The position numbers and the translations under genes were made by a program. Under the pieces are notes generated by a model, which was not told where the DNA came from, made no database searches, and saw nothing but the letters and a program-made list of their open reading frames with translations. DNA of 64,000 nt, taken from contig OZ024740.1 of assembly GCA_964016885.1 (NCBI GenBank), positions 318,804,001 to 318,868,000 of the forward strand, in the 5' to 3' direction. This document shows positions 15,611-31,959 of the stretch, piece after piece; position 1 is the first letter of the stretch; every line of letters starts with the position of its first letter. Source of the stretch: Eledone cirrhosa. Lineage: Eukaryota.

Positions 15611-18600
15611 CGTTCTAACGACTCTACCAATTCGCTGTCTTTCTACTACAATGCTCACAAAAAATAATCCACGACTGTCTCGTCTATTTCCACAACTTAC
15701 ATTCTATCTGACATTCTAACGACTCTACGAATTCGCTGTCTTTCTACTACAATGCTCACAAAAAATAATCCACGACTGTCTCGTCTATTTCCACAACTTA
15801 CATTCTATCTGACATTCTAACGACTCTACCAATTCGAAATCTTTCTACTACAATACTCACAACAAACAATCCAGGATTGTCTCGTCTATTTCTACAACTT
15901 ACATTCTATGTGACATTCAAACGACTCTATCAATTCGAAGTCTTTCTACTACAATACTAACGTCAAATAATCCAGGATTGTCTCGTCTATTTCCACAACT
16001 TACGTTCTATCTGACATTCTAACGACTCTACCAATTCGAATTCTTTCTATTACAATACTCACAACAAATAATCCAGGATTGTCTCGTCTATTTCCACAAC
16101 TTACATTCTATCTGACATTCTAACGACTCTACGAATTCGCTGTATTTCTACTACAATGCTCACAACAAATAATCCACGACTGTCTCGTCTATTTCCACAA
16201 CTTACATTCTATCTGACATTCTAACGACTCTACCAATTCGAAATCTTTCTACTACAATACTCACAACAAACAATCCAGGATTGTCTCGTCTATTTCTACA
16301 ACTTACATTCTATGTGACATTCAAACGACTCTATCAATTCGAAGTCTTTCTACAACAATACTAACGTCAAATAATCCAGGATTGTCTCGTCCATTTCCAC
16401 AACTTACATTCTCTCTGACATTCTAACGACTCTACCAATTCGAAGTCTTTCTACTACAATACTAACTTTAAATAATCCAGGTTGTCTCGTCTATCTCCAG
16501 ACCTTACATTCTATCTGACATTCTAACGACTCTACCAGTTCGCTGTATTTCAACTACAATACTAACTTCAAATAATCCAGGATTGTCTCGTCTATTTCCA
16601 CAACTTACATTCTATCTGATATTCTAACGACTCTACCCATTCGCTGTATTTCTACTACAATACTAACTTCAAATAATCCAGGATTGTCTCGTCTACTTCC
16701 ACAACTTACATTCTATGTGATATTCTAACGACTCTATCAATTCGAAGTCTTTCTACTACAATACTCACAACAAATAATCCATATTGTCTCGTCTATTTCC
16801 ACAACTTACATTCTATCTGACATTCAAACGACTCTATCAATTCGAAGTCTTTCTACTACAATACTAACGTCAAATAATCCAGGATTGTCTCGTCTATTTC
16901 CACAACTTACGTTCTATCTGACATTCTAACGACTCTACCAATTCGAATTCTTTATATTACAATACTCACAACAAATAATCCAGGAATGTCTCGTCTATTT
17001 CCACAACTTACATTCTATCTGACATTCTAACGACTCTACCAATTCGAAGTCTTTCTACTACAATACTAACTTTAAATAATCCAGGATTGTCTCCTCTATT
17101 TCCACAACTTACATATTATCTGAAATTCTAACGACTCTACCAATTCGATGTCTTTCTACTACAATACTAACAACAAATAATCTAGGATTGTCTCATCTAT
17201 CTCCACAACTTACATTTTCTCTGACATTCTAACGACTCTACCAATTCGAAGTCTTTCTACTACAATACTCACAACAAATAATCCAGGATTGTCTCGTCTA
17301 TTTCCACAACTTACGTTCTATCTGACATTCTAACGACTCTACCAATTCGCTGTATTTCTACTACAATACTAACTTCAATTAGTCCAGGATTGTCTCATCT
17401 ATTTCCACAACTTACATTCTATCTGATATTCGAACGACTCTACCAATTCGAAGTCTTTCTACTACAATACTAACAACAAATAATGCAGGATTGTCTCATC
17501 TATTTCCACAACTTACATTCTATCTGACATTCTAACGACTCTACCAATTCGAAGTCTTTCTATTACAATACTCACAACAAATAATCCAGGATTGTCTCGT
17601 CTATTTCCACAACTTACATTCTATCTGACATTCTAACGACTCTACGTATTCGCTGTCTTTCTACTACAATGCTCACAACAAATAATCCACGACTGTCTCG
17701 TCTATTTCCACAACTTACATTCTATCTGACATTCTAACGACTCTACCAATTCGAAATCTTTCTACTACAATACTCACAACAAACAATCCAGGATTGTCTC
17801 GTCTATTTCTACAACTTACATTCTATGTGACATTCAAACGACTCTATCAATTCGAAGTCTTTCTACTACAATACTAACGTCAAATAATCCAGGATTGTCT
17901 CGTCTATTTCCACAACTTACGTTCTATCTGACATTCTAACGACTCTACGAATTCGCTGTCTTTCTACTACATTGCTCACAACAAATAATCCACGACTGTC
18001 TCGTCTATTTCTACAACTTACATTCTATGTGACATTCAAAAGACTCTATCAATTCGAGGTCTTTCTACAACATTACTAACGTAAAATAATCCAGGATTGT
18101 CTCGTCCATTTCCACAACTTACATTCTATCTGACATTCTAACGACTCTACCAATTCGAAGTCTTTCTACTACAATACTAACTTTAAATAATCCAGGATTG
18201 TCTCGTCTATCTCCAGACCTTATATTCTATCTGACTTTCTAACGACTCTACCAGTTCGCTGTATTTCAACTACAATACTAACTTCAAATAATCCAGGATT
18301 GTCTCGTCTATTTCCACAACTTACATTCTATCTGATATTCTAACGACTCTACCAATTCGAAGTCTTCCTACTACAATACTCACAACAAATAATCCAGGAT
18401 TGTCTCGTCTATTTCCACAACTTACATTCTATCTGGCATTCTAATGACTCTACCAATTCGCTGTCTTTCTACTACAATACTCACAACAAATAATCCATAT
18501 TGTCTCGTCTATTTCCACAACTTACATTCTATCTGACATTCAAACGACTCTATCAATTCGAAGTCTTTCTACTACAATACTAACTTCAAATAATCCAGGA

Positions 18601-21600
18601 TTGTCTCGTCTATTTCCACAACTTACTTTCTATCTGACATTCTAACGACTCTACCAATTCGAAGTCTTTCTACTACAATACTCACAACAAATATTCCAGG
18701 ATTGTCTCGTCTATTTCCACAACTTACATTCTATCTGACATTCTAACGACTCTACCAATTCGAAGTCTTTCTACTACAATACTAACTTTAAATAATCCAG
18801 GATTGTCTCCTCTATTTCCACAACTTACATATTATCTGAAATTCTAACGACTCTACCAATTCGATGTCTTTCTACTACAATACCTACAACAAATAATCCA
18901 GGATTGTCTCGTCTATTTCTACAACTTACATTCTATCTGACATTCTAACGACTCTACCAATTCGAAGTCTTTCTGCTACAATACTCACAACAAATAATCC
19001 AGGATTGTCTCGTCTATTTCCACACCTTACATTCTATCTGACATTCTAACGACTCTACCTATTCGCTGTATTTCTACTACAATACTCACAACAAATAATC
19101 CAGCATTGACTCGTCTATTTCCACAACTTACATTCTATCTGACATTCTAACGACTCTACCAATTCGAAGTCTTTCTACTACAATACTCACAACAAATATT
19201 CCAGGATTGTCTCGTCTATTTCCACAACTTACATTCTATCTCACATTCTAACGACTCTACCAATTCGCTGTATTTCTACTACAATACTAACTTCAATTAG
19301 TCCAGGATTGTCTCGTCTATTTCCACAACTTACATTCTATCTGACATTCTAAAGACTCTACGCATTCGCTGTCTTTCTACTACAATGCTCACAACAAATA
19401 ATCCACGACTGTCTCGTCTATTTCCACAACTTATATTCTATCTGACATTCTAACGACTCTACCAATTCGAAATCTTTCTACTACAATACTCACAACAAAC
19501 AATCCAGGATTGTCTCGTCTATTTCTACAACTTACATTCTATGTGACATTCAAACGACTCTATCAATTTGAAGTCTTTCTACAACAATACTAACGTAAAA
19601 TAATCCAGGATCGTCTCGTCTATTTCCACAACTTACATTCTATCTGACATTCTAACGACTCTACCAATTCGAAGTCTTTCTACTACAATACTAACAACAA
19701 ATAATCTGGGATTGTCTCGTCTATTTCCACAACATACATTCTATCTGACATTCTAACGACTCTACCAAGTCGAAGTTTTTCTACTACAATACTCCCAACA
19801 AATAATCCAGGATCGTCTCGTCTATTTCCACAACTTACATTCTATCTGACATTCTAACGACTCTACCCATTCGCTGTATTTCTACTACAATACTAACTTC
19901 AAATAATCCAGGATTGTCTCCTCTATTTCCACAACTTACATTCTATGTCACATTCTAACGAGTCTACCAATTCGCTGTGTTTCTACTACAATACTCACAA
20001 CAAATAAACCAGGATTGTCTCGTCTATTTCCACAACTTACATTATATCTGACATACTAACGACTCTACGAATTCGAAGTCTTTCTACTACAATACTAACT
20101 TTAAACTATCCAGGATTGTCTCCTCTATTTCCACAACTTACATTCTATCTGACATTCTAACGACTCTACCAATTCGCTGTATTTCTACTACAATACTAAC
20201 TTCAAATAATCCAGGATTGTATCGGCTATTTCCACAACTTACATTCTATCTGACATTCTAACGACTCTACCAATTCGCTGTCTTTCTACTACAATACTAA
20301 CAACATATAATCTAGGATTGTCTCGTCTATTTCCACAACTTACAATCTATCTGATATTCGAACGACTCTACCAATTCGAAGTCTTTCCGCTACAATACTA
20401 ACAACAAATAATCTAGGATTGTCTCGTCTATTTCCACAACTTACATTCTATCTGACATTCTAACGACTCTAACAATTCGAAGTCTTTCTAATACAATACT
20501 AACGTCAAATAATCCAGGATCGTCTCATCTATTTCCACAACTTACATTCTATCTGACATTCTAACGACTCTACCAATTCGATGTGTTTCTACTACAATAC
20601 TCACGTCAAATAATCCAGGATTGTCTCGTCTATCTCCAGACCTTACATTCTATCTGACATTCTAACGACTCTACCAGTTCGCTGTATTTCTACTACAATA
20701 CTCACAACAAATAATCCAGGATTGTCTCGTCTATTTCCACAACTTACATTCTATCTCACATTCTAACGTGTCTACCAATTCGAAGTCTTTCTACTACAAT
20801 ACTAACTTTAAACAATCCAGGATTGTCTCCTCTATTTCCACAACTTACATTCTATCTGACATTGAAACGACTCTACCAATTCGATGTCTTTGTACTACAA
20901 TACTCACAACAAACAATCCAGGATTGTCTCGTCTATTTCTACAACTTACATTCTATTTGACATTCAAACGACTCTATCAATTCGAAGTCTTTCTACAACA
21001 ATACTAACGTAAAATAATCCAGGATTGTCTCGTCCATTTCCACAACTTACATTCTATCTGACATTCTAACGACTCTACCAATTCGAAGTCTTTCTACTAC
21101 AATACTAACTTTAAATAATCCAGGATTGTATCGTCTTTTTCCACAACTTACATTCTATCTGACATTCTAACGACTCTACCAATTCGCTGTATTTCTACTA
21201 CAATACTAACATCAATTAGTCCAGGATTGTCTCATCTATTTCCACAACTTACATTCTATCTGATATTCGAACGACTCTACCAATTCGAAGTCTTTCTACT
21301 ACAATACTCACAACAAACAATCCAGGATTGTCTCGTCTATTTCTACAACTTACATTCTATGTGACATTAAAACGACTCTATCAATTCGAAGTCTTTCTAC
21401 TACAATACTAACGTCAAATACTCCAGGATTGTCTCGTCTATTTCCACAACTTACGTTCTATCTGACATTCTAACGACTCTACCAATTCGAATTCTTTATA
21501 TTACAATACTCACAACAAATAATCCACGACTGTCTCGTCTATTTCCACAACTTACATTCTATCTGACATTCTAACGACTCTACCAATTCGATGTGTTTCT

Positions 21601-24600
21601 ACTACAATACTCACGACAAATAATCCAGGATTGTCTCGTCTATTTCCACAACTTACATTCTATCTGACATTCTAACGACTCTACCAATTCGAAATCTTTC
21701 TACTACAATACTCACAACAAACAATCCAGGATTGTCTCGTCTATTTCTACAACTTACATTCTATGTGACATTCAAACGACTCTATCAATTTGAAGTCTTT
21801 CTACAACAATACTAACGTAAAATAATCCAGGATCGTCTCGTCTATTTCCACAGGTTACATTCTATCTGACATTCAAACGACTCTACCAATTCGAAGTCTT
21901 TCTACTACAATACTAACGTCAAATAATCCAGGATTGTCTCCGCTATTTCCACAACTTACATTCTATCTGACATTCTAACGACTCTACCAATTCGCTGTAT
22001 TTCTACTACAATACTCTCAACAAATAAACCAGGATTGTCTCCTCTATTTCCACAACTTACATTCTATCTGACATTCTAACGACTCTACCAATTCGCTGTA
22101 TTTCTACTACAATACTAACTTCAAATAATCCAGGATTGTATCGGCTATTTCCACAACTTACATTCTATCTGACATTCTAACGACTCTACCAATTCGCTGT
22201 CTTTCTACTACAATACTAACAACGTATAAGCTAGCATTGTCTCGTCTATTTCCACAACTTACATTCTATCTGATATTCTAACGACTCTACCAATTCGAAG
22301 TCTTTCTGCTACAATACTCACAACAAATAATCCAGGATTGTCTCGTCTATTTCCACAACTTACTTTCTATCTGACATTCTAACGACTCTACGAATTCGCT
22401 GTCTTTTTACTACAATGCTCACAACAAATAATCCACGACTGTCTCGTCTATTTCCACAACTTACTTTCTATCTGACATTCTAACGACTCTACCAATTCGA
22501 AATCTTTCTACTACAATACTAACAACGTATAAGCTAGCATTGTCTCGTCTATTTCCACAACTTACATTCTATCTGATATTCTAACGACTCTACCAATTCG
22601 AAGTCTTTCTGCTACAATACTCACAACAAATAATCCAGGATTGTCTCGTCTATTTCCACAACTTACATTCTATCTGATATTCTAACGACTCTACCAATTC
22701 AAAGTCTTTCTACTACAATACTAACAACAATTAATCTGGGATTGTCTCGTCTATTTCCACAACTTACATTCTATCTGACATTCTAACAACTCTACCAATT
22801 CGAAGTTTTTCTACTACAATACTCCCAACAAATAATCAAGGATTGTATCTTCTATTTCCACAACTTACATTCTATCTGACATTCTAACGACTCTACCCAT
22901 TCGCTGTATTTCTACTACAATACTAACTTCAAATAATCCAGGATTGTCTCCTCTATTTCCACAACTTTCATTCTATCTCACATTCTAACGAGTCTACCAA
23001 TTCGCTGTATTTCTACTACAATACTCACAACAAATAAACCAGGATTGTCTCGTCTATTTCCACAACCTACATTCTATCTGACATACTAACGACTCTACCA
23101 ATTCCAAGTCTTTCTACTACAATACTAACGTCAAATAATCCAGGATTGTCTCCTCTATTTCCACAACTTACATTCTATCTGACATTCTACCGACTCTACC
23201 AATTCGATGTATTTCTACTACAATACTCACAACAAATAATCCAGGATTATATCGTCTATTTCTACAACTTACATTCTATCTGATATTCTAACGACTCTAC
23301 CAATTCGCTGTATTTCTACTACAATACTAACTTCATATAATCCAGGATTGTCTCGTCTACTTCCACAACTTACATTGTATCTGATATTCTAACGACTCTA
23401 CCAATTCGAAGTCTTTCTACTACAATACTCACAACAAATAATCCATATTGTCTCGTCTATTTCTACAACTTACATTCTATCTGACATTCAAACGACTCTA
23501 TCAATTCGAAGTCTTTCTACTACAATACTAACGTCAAATAATCCAGGATTGTCTCGTCTATTTCCACAACTTACTTTCTATCTGACATTCTAACGACTCT
23601 ACGAATTCGCTGTCTTTTTACTACAATACTCACAACAAATAATCCACGACTGTCTCGTCTATTTCCACAACTTACATTCTATCTGACATTCTAACGACTC
23701 TACCAATTCGAAATCTTTCTACTACAATACTCACAACAAACAATCCAGGATTGTCTCGTCTATTTCTACAACTTACATTCTATGTGACATTCAAACGACT
23801 CTATCAATTCGAAGTCTTTCTACAACAATTCTAACGTCAAATAATCCAGGATTGTCTCGTCCATTTCCACAACTTACATTCTATCTGACATTCTAACGAC
23901 TCTACGAATTCGAAGTCTTTCTACTACAATACTCACAACAAATAATCAAGGATTGTATCGTCTATTTCCACAACTTACATTCTATCTGACATTCTAACGA
24001 CTCTACCAATTCGAAGTCTATCTACTACAGTACTCACAACAAATAATCCAGGATTGTCTCGTCTATTTCCACACCTTACATTCTATCTGACATTCTAACG
24101 ACACTACCCATTCGCTGTATTTCTACTACAATACTAACTTCAAATAATCCAGGATTGTCTCGTCTACTTCCACAACTTACATTGTATCTGATATTCTAAC
24201 GACTCTACCAATTCGAAGTCTTTCTACTACAATACTCACAACAAATTATCCAGGATCGTCTCGTCTATTTCCACAACTTACGTTCTATCTCACATTCTAA
24301 CGAGTCTACCAATTCGCTGTATTTCTACTACAATACTCACAACAAATAAACCAGGATTGTCTCGTCTATTTCCACAACTTACATTCTATCTGACATACTA
24401 ACGACTCTACCAATTCGAAGTCTTTCTACTACAATACTAACGTCAAATAATCCAGGATCGTCTCGTCTATTTCCACAACTTACATTCTATCTGACATTCT
24501 AACGACTCTACCAATTCGAAGTCTTTCTACTACAATACTAACAACAAATAATCTGGGATTGTCTCGTCTATTTCCACAACTTACATTCTATCTGACATTC

Positions 24601-26544
24601 TAACAACTCTACCAATTCGAAGTTTTTCTACTACAATACTCCCAACAAATAATCAAGGATTGTATCGTCTATTTCCACAACTTACATTCTATCTGACATT
24701 CTAACGACTCTACCCATTCGCTGTATTTCTACTACAATACTAACTTCAAATAATCCAGGATTGTCTCCTCTATTTCCACAACTTACATTCTATCTCACAT
24801 TCTAACGAGTCTACCAATTCGCTGTATTTCTACTACAATACTCACAACAAATAAACCAGGATTGTCTCGTCTATTTCCACAACTTACATTCTATCTGACA
24901 TACTAACGATTCTACCAATTCGAAGTCTTTCTACTACAATACTAACTATAAACAATCCAGAATTGTCTCCTCTATTTCCACAACTTACGTTCTATCTGAC
25001 ATTCTAACGACTCTACAAATTCGCTGTTTTTCTACTACAATACAAACTTCAAATTATCCAGGATTGTATCGGCTATTTCCACAACTTACATTCTATCTGA
25101 CATTCTAACGACTCTACCAATTCGCTGTCTTTCTACTACAATACTAACAACATATAATCCAGGATTGTCTCGTCTATTTCCACAGGTTACATTCTATCTG
25201 ACATTCAAACGACTCTACCAATTCGAAGTCTTTCTACTACAATACTAACGTCAAATAATCCAGGATTGTCTCCGCTATTTCCACAACTTACATTCTATCT
25301 GACATTCTAACGACTCTACCAATTCGAAGTCTTTCTGCTACAATACTCACAACAAATAATCCAGGATTGTCTCGTCTATTTCCACAACTTACATTCTATC
25401 TGATATTCTAACGACTCTACCAATTCGAAGTCTTTCTACTACAATACTCACAACAAATAATCCAGGATTGTCTCGTCTATTTCCACAACTTACATTCTAT
25501 CTCACATTCTAGCGTGTCTACCAATTCGCTGTATTTCTACTACAATACTCTCAACAAATAAACCAGGATTGTCTCCTCTATTTCCACAACTTACATTCTA
25601 TCTGACATTCTAACGACTCTACCAATTCGCTGTATTTCTACTACAATACTAACTTCAAATAATCCAGGATTGTATCGGCTATTTCCACAACTTACATTCT
25701 ATCTGACATTCTAACGACTCTACCAATTCGCTGTCTTTCTACTACAATACTAACAACGTATAAGCTAGCATTGTCTCGTCTATTTCCACAACTTACATTC
25801 TATCTGATATTCGAACGACTCTACCAATTCGAAGTCTTTCTACTACAATACTAACAACAAATATTCTAGGATTGTCTCATCTATTTCCACAACTTACATT
25901 CTATCTGACATTCTAACGACTCTACCAATTCGATGTGTTTCTACTACAATACTCACAACAAAAAATCCAGGATTGTCTCGTCTATCTCCAGACCTTACAT
26001 TCTATCTGACATTCTAACGACTCTACCAGTTCGCTGTATTTCTACTACAATACTAACTTCAAATAATCCAGGGTTGTCTCGTCTATTTCCACAACTTACA
26101 TTCTATCTGACATTCTAACGACTCTACCAATTCGAAGTCTTTCTACTACAATACTAACAACAAATAATCCAGGATTGTCTCGTCTATTTCCACAACTTAC
26201 ATTCTATCTGACATTCTAACGACTCTACCAATTCGAAGTCTTTCTACTACAATACTCACAACAAATAATCCAGGATTGTCTCATCTATTTCCACAACTTA
26301 CATTCTATCTCACATTCTAACGAGTCTACCAATTCGCTGTATTTCTACTACAATACTCACAACAAATAAACCAGGATTGTCTCGTCTATTTCCACAACTT
26401 ACATTCTATCTGACATACTAACGACTCTACCAATTCGCTGTATTTCTACTACAATACTAACTTCAAATAATCCAGGATTGTATCGGCTATTTCCACAACT
26501 TACATTCTATCTGACATTCTAACGACTCTACCAATTCGCTGTCT

Positions 26545-29005
26545 TTCTACTACAATACTAACTTCAAATAATCCAGGATTGTATCGGCTATTTCCACAAC
26601 TTACATTCTATCTGACATTCTAACGACTCTACCAATTCGCTGTCTTTCTACTACAATACTAACTTCAAATAATCCAGGATTGTATCGGCTATTTCCACAA
26701 CTTACATTCTATCTGACATTCTAACGACTCTACCAATTCGCTGTCTTTCTACTACAATACTAACAACAAATAATCTAGGATGGTCTCGTCTATTTCCACA
26801 ACTTATATTCTATCTGATATTCGAACGACTCTACCAATTCGAAGTCTTTCTACTACACTACTCACGACAAATAATCCAGGATTGTCTCATCTATTTCCAC
26901 AACTTACATTCTATCTGACATTCTAACGACTCTACCAATTCGATGTGTTTCTACTACAATACTCACAACAAATAATCCAGGATTGTCTCGTCTATCTCCA
27001 GACCTTACATTTTATCTGACATTCTAACAACTCTACCAGTTCGCTGTATTTCTACTACAATACTAACTTCAAATAATCCAGGATCGTCTCGTCTATTTCC
27101 ACAACTTACATTCTATCTGACGTTCAAACGACTCTACCAATTCGAAGTCTTTCTACTACAATACTAACGTCAAATAATCCAGGATTGTCTCCTCTATTTC
27201 TACAACTTACATTCTATCTGACATTCTAACGACTCTACCAATTCGCTGTATTTCTACTACAATACTAACTTCAATTAGTCCAGGATTGACTCATCTATTT
27301 CCACAACTTACATTCTATCTGACATTCTAACGACTCTACCAATTCGAAGTCTTTCTACTACAATACTCACAACAAATAATCCAGGATTGTCTCATCTATT
27401 TCCACAACTTACATTCTATCTGACATTCTAACGACTCTACCAATTCGATGTCTTTCTACTACAATACTCACAACAAATAATCCAGGATTGTATCGTCTAT
27501 TTCTACAACTTACATTCTATCTGACATTCTAACGACTCTAACAATTCGAAGTCTTTCTGCTACAATACTCACAACAAATAATCCAGGATTGTCTCGTCTA
27601 TTTCCACAACTTACATTCTATCTGACGTTTAAAAGACTCTACCAATTCGAAGTCTTTCTACTACAATACTCACAACAAATAATCCAGGATTGTCTCCTCT
27701 ATTTTTACAACTTACATTCTATCTGACATTCTAACGACTCTACCAATTCGCTGTATTTCTACTACAATACTAACTTCAAATAATCCAGGATTGTATCGGC
27801 TATTTCCACAACTTACATTCTATCTGACATTCTAACGACTCTACCAATTCGCTGTCTTTCTACTACAATACTAACTTCAAATAATCCAGGATTGTATCGG
27901 CTATTTCCACAACTTACATTCTATCTGACATTCTAACGACTCTACCAATTCGCTGTCTTTCTACTACAATACTAACAACAAATAATCTAGGATGGTCTCG
28001 TCTATTTCCACAACTTATATTCTATCTGATATTCGAACGACTCTACCAATTCGAAGTCTTTCTACTACACTACTCACGACAAATAATCCAGGATTGTCTC
28101 ATCTATTTCCACAACTTACATTCTATCTGACATTCTAACGACTCTACCAATTCGATGTGTTTCTACTACAATACTCACAACAAATAATCCAGGATTGTCT
28201 CGTCTATCTCCAGACCTTACATTTTATCTGACATTCTAACAACTCTACCAGTTCGCTGTATTTCTACTACAATACTAACTTCAAATAATCCAGGATCGTC
28301 TCGTCTATTTCCACAACTTACATTCTATCTGACGTTCAAACGACTCTACCAATTCGAAGTCTTTCTACTACAATACTAACGTCAAATAATCCAGGATTGT
28401 CTCCTCTATTTCTACAACTTACATTCTATCTGACATTCTAACGACTCTACCAATTCGCTGTATTTCTACTACAATACTAACTTCAATTAGTCCAGGATTG
28501 ACTCATCTATTTCCACAACTTACATTCTATCTGACATTCTAACGACTCTACCAATTCGAAGTCTTTCTACTACAATACTCACAACAAATAATCCAGGATT
28601 GTCTCATCTATTTCCACAACTTACATTCTATCTGACATTCTAACGACTCTACCAATTCGATGTCTTTCTACTACAATACTCACAACAAATAATCCAGGAT
28701 TGTATCGTCTATTTCTACAACTTACATTCTATCTGACATTCTAACGACTCTAACAATTCGAAGTCTTTCTGCTACAATACTCACAACAAATAATCCAGGA
28801 TTGTCTCGTCTATTTCCACAACTTACATTCTATCTGACGTTTAAAAGACTCTACCAATTCGAAGTCTTTCTACTACAATACTCACAACAAATAATCCAGG
28901 ATTGTCTCCTCTATTTTTACAACTTACATTCTATCTGACATTCTAACGACTCTACCAATTCGCTGTATTTCTACTACAATACTAACTTCAAATAATCCAG
29001 GATTG
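26545..29005. repeat. Near-perfect tandem duplication of a 12-monomer unit (1212 bp)
   Basis: The TGGTCTCG variant lies at 26781 and 27993 (offset exactly 12x101). GACGTTTAAAAGAC, GGATTGACTCAT and CTATTTTTAC each also occur once per copy. Confidence 0.93.
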
Positions 29006-31959
29006 TCTCGTCTATTTCCACAATTTACATTCTATCTGATATTCTAAAGACTCTACCAATTCGAAGTCTTTCTACTACAATACTCACAACAAATATTCCA
29101 GGATTGTCTCGTCTATTTCCACAACTTACATTCTATCTGACATACTAACGACTCTACCAATTCGAAGTCTTTCTACTACAATAATAACTTTAAACAATCC
29201 AGGATTGTCTCCTCTATTTCCACAACTTACATTCTATCTGACATTGAAACGACTCTATCAATTCGAAGTCTTTCTACTACAATACTCACAACAAATAATC
29301 CAGGATTGTCTCCTCTATTTCCACAACTTACATTCTATCTCACATTCTAACGTGTCTACAAATTCGCTGTATTTCTACTACAATACTCTCAACAAATAAA
29401 CCAGGATTGTCTCGTCTATTTCCACAACTTACATTCTATCTGACATACTAACGACTCTACCAATTCGAAGTCTTTCTACTACAATACTAACTTTAAACAA
29501 TCCAGGATTGTCTCCTCTATTTCCACAACTTACATTCTATCTCACATTCTAACGTGTCTACCAATTCGCTGAATTTCTACTACAATACTCTTAACAAATA
29601 AACCAGGATTGTCTCGTCTATTTCCACAACTTACATTATATCTGACATACTAACGACTCTACCAATTCGCTGTATTTCTACTAAAATACTGACTTCAAAT
29701 AATCCAGGATTGTATCGGCTATTTCCACAACTTACATTCTATCTGATATTCTAACGACTCTACCAATTCGAAGTCTTTCTACTACAATACTCACAACAAA
29801 TATTCCAGGATTGTCTCGTCTATTTCCACAACTTACATTCTATCTGACATTCTAACGACTCTACCAATTCGAAGTCTTTCTACTACAATACTAACTTTAA
29901 ATAATCCAGGATTGTCTCCTCTATTTCCACAACTTACATATTATCTGAAATTCGAACGACTCTACCAATTCGATGTCCTTCTACTACAATACTCACAACA
30001 AATAATCCAGGATTGTATAGTCTATTTCTACAACTTACATTCTATCTGACATTCTAACGACTCTACCAATTCGAAGTCTTTCTGCTACAATACTCACAAC
30101 AAATAATCCAGGATTGTCTCGTCTATTTCCACACCTTACATTCTATCTGACATTCTAACGACTCTACCTATTCGCTGTATTTCTACTACAATACTCAGAA
30201 CAAATAATACAGCATTGTCTCGTCTATTTCCACAACTCACATTCTATCTGACATTCCAAGGACTCTATCAATTCGAAGTCTTTCTACTACAATACTAACG
30301 TCAAATAATCCAGGATCGTCTCGTCTATTTCCACAACTTACATTCTATCTGACATTCTAGCGACTCTACCAATTAGAAGTCTTTCTACTACAATACTAAC
30401 AACAAATAATCTAGGATTGTCTCATCTATCTCCACAACTTACATTTTCTCTGACGTTCTAACGACTCTACCAATTCGAAGTCTTTCTACTACAATACTCA
30501 CAACAAATAATCCAGGATTGTCTCGTCTATTTCCACAACTTACATTCTAACTGACATTCTAACGACTCTACCAATTCGAAGTCTTTCTACTACAATACTA
30601 ACAACAAATAATCTGGGATTGTCTCGTCTATTTCCACAACTTACATTCTATCTGACATTCTAACGACTCTACCAATTCGAAGTTTTTCTACTACAATACT
30701 AACTTTAAACAATCCAGGATTGTCTCCTCTATTTCCACAACTTACATTCTATCTGACATTCTAACGACTCTACCCATTCGCTGTATTTCTACTACAATAC
30801 TAACTTCAAATAATCCAGGATTGTCTCCTCTATTTCCACAACTTACATTCTATCTCACATTCTAACGAGTCTACCAATTCGCTGTATTTCTACTACAATA
30901 CTCACAACAAATAAACCAGGATTGTCTCGTCTATTTCCACAACTTACATTCTATCTGACATACTAACGACTCTACCAATTCGAAGTCTTTCTACTACAAT
31001 ACTAACTTTAAACAATCCAGGATTGTCTCCTTTATTTCCACAACTTACATTCTATCTGACATTCTAACGACTCTACCAATTCGCTGTCTTTCTACTACAA
31101 TTCTAACAAAAAATAATCTAGGATTGTCTCGTCTATTTCCACAACTTACATTCTATCTGACATTCTAACGACTCTAACAATTCGAAGTATTTCTACTACA
31201 ATACTCACAACAAATAATCCAGGATTGTCTCATCTATTTCCACAACTTACATTCTATCTGACATTCTAACGACTCTACCAATTCGATGTGTTTCTACTAC
31301 AATAATTACAACAAATAATCCAGGATTGTCTCGTCTATCTCCAGACCTTACATTCTATCTGACATTCTAACGACTCTACCAGTTCGCTGTATTTCTACTA
31401 CAATACTAACTTCAAATAATCCAGGATTGTCTCGTCTATTTCCACAACTTACATTCTATCTGACATTCAAACGACTCTACCAATTCGAAGTCTTTCTACT
31501 ACAATACAAACGTCAAATAATCCAGGATTGTCTCGTCTATTTCCACAACTTACATTCTATCTCACATTCTAACGTGTCTACCAACTCGCTGAATTTCTAC
31601 TACAATACTCTCAACAAATAAACCAGGATTGTCTCGTCTATTTCCACAACTTACATTCTATCTGACATACTAACGACTCTACCAATTCGAAGTCTTTCTA
31701 CTACAATACTAACTTTAAACAATCCAGGATTGTCTCCTCTATTTCAACAACTTACATTCTATGTAACATTGAAACGACTCTACCAATTCGATGTCTTTGT
31801 ACTACAATACTCACAAAAAATAATCCAGGATTGCATCGTCTATTCCCACAACTTACATTCTATCTGACATTCTAACGACTCTACCAATTCGCTGTATTTC
31901 TACTACAATACTAACTTCAATTAGTCCATGATTGTCTCATCTATTTCCACAACTTACAT

